In this document: piece after piece, positions 63,808 to 64,000 of the stretch
Position numbering within the stretch: the first letter of the stretch is position 1
Layout of the letters: every line of letters starts with the position of its first letter
DNA from: a virus
IMG/VR virus record: IMGVR_UViG_3300046804_003463
Span: 1-64,000 of that record
DNA length: 64,000 bases
Reading direction: 5' to 3' (one strand)
Position numbers and translations under genes: made by a program
Notes under the pieces: model-generated
The model's input: the letters and a program-made list of their open reading frames with translations, nothing else
What the model was told of the DNA's origin: nothing
The model's database searches: none

Positions 63808-64000
63808 AGTCTACCAGTATACTGAGCAACGGCGGGCATGTTGCCAGTAAATGCGTATGTACCAATATGCTGTGTCTTCATCCAAGGACATAACCAAACT
63901 TGTCCACCAATCTTGCGCCACATCTGACAGAACATGTAATCTTCTGATAGATAACGTTCAGAGCCTCCACCAACACAAGAATCGGCTGTGTCAATCACCG
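63804..64000 (-). CDS. C-terminus of glycosyltransferase-like protein (truncated by window edge)
   Basis: YLSEDYMFCQ.WR..GG..W..P....H.G. Confidence 0.65.
   Translation of the reverse strand, partial: VIDTADSCVGGGSERYLSEDYMFCQMWRKIGGQVWLCPWMKTQHIGTYAFTGNMPAVAQYTGRL

Noticed and set aside
1-64000. CRISPR array, reverse transcriptase/DGR, integrase, introns/inteins, stop-codon recoding
   Set aside because: No regular repeat-spacer array, RT or recombinase seen; nrdA, nrdB, gp43, gp41 and uvsX are uninterrupted and of normal length in the standard code.

Overview
A 64 kb fragment of an AT-rich T4-like (Tevenvirinae/Kyanoviridae-like) myophage genome, with essentially all genes on the minus strand. 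The host is probably a freshwater proteobacterium (inferred from PstS, ErpA, PBP7-like and phasin-like genes). Layout: (1) 1-940: tRNA array (Tyr, Gln, Asn, Asp, Lys, Glu, Pro) containing a hairpin-closed ncRNA candidate, preceded by a leader peptide and attenuator; (2) ~1-16 kb: hypervariable early region of small ORFs behind about 9 near-consensus sigma70 promoters, plus tRNA-Arg; (3) 12-25 kb: auxiliary genes (2OG-Fe(II) oxygenase, PBP7-like peptidase, GmhA, phasin-like protein, and a PstS/OprP/PlcP-like/GT2 phosphate module); (4) nrdAB, thioredoxin, thyX, primase; (5) GH19 endolysin and spanins; (6) 31.8-41.1 kb and 47.6-49.7 kb: putative head-packaged proteins with capsid-targeting sequences and protease-cleavable multi-domain polyproteins, one containing a HicA domain; (7) 41-47.6 kb: sugar/cyclitol cluster with a 2-epi-5-epi-valiolone-synthase-like gene; (8) T4 replisome core (gp41, uvsX, gp43, regA, gp62, gp44, gp45) and hsp20. 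Most notable: an unannotated 31-codon leader (842-937) that uses 31 different codons and all 20 amino acids, coupled to a terminator/antiterminator switch in front of the tRNA array. This looks like a general tRNA-pool-sensing attenuator. All calls are by eye, with no database searches.
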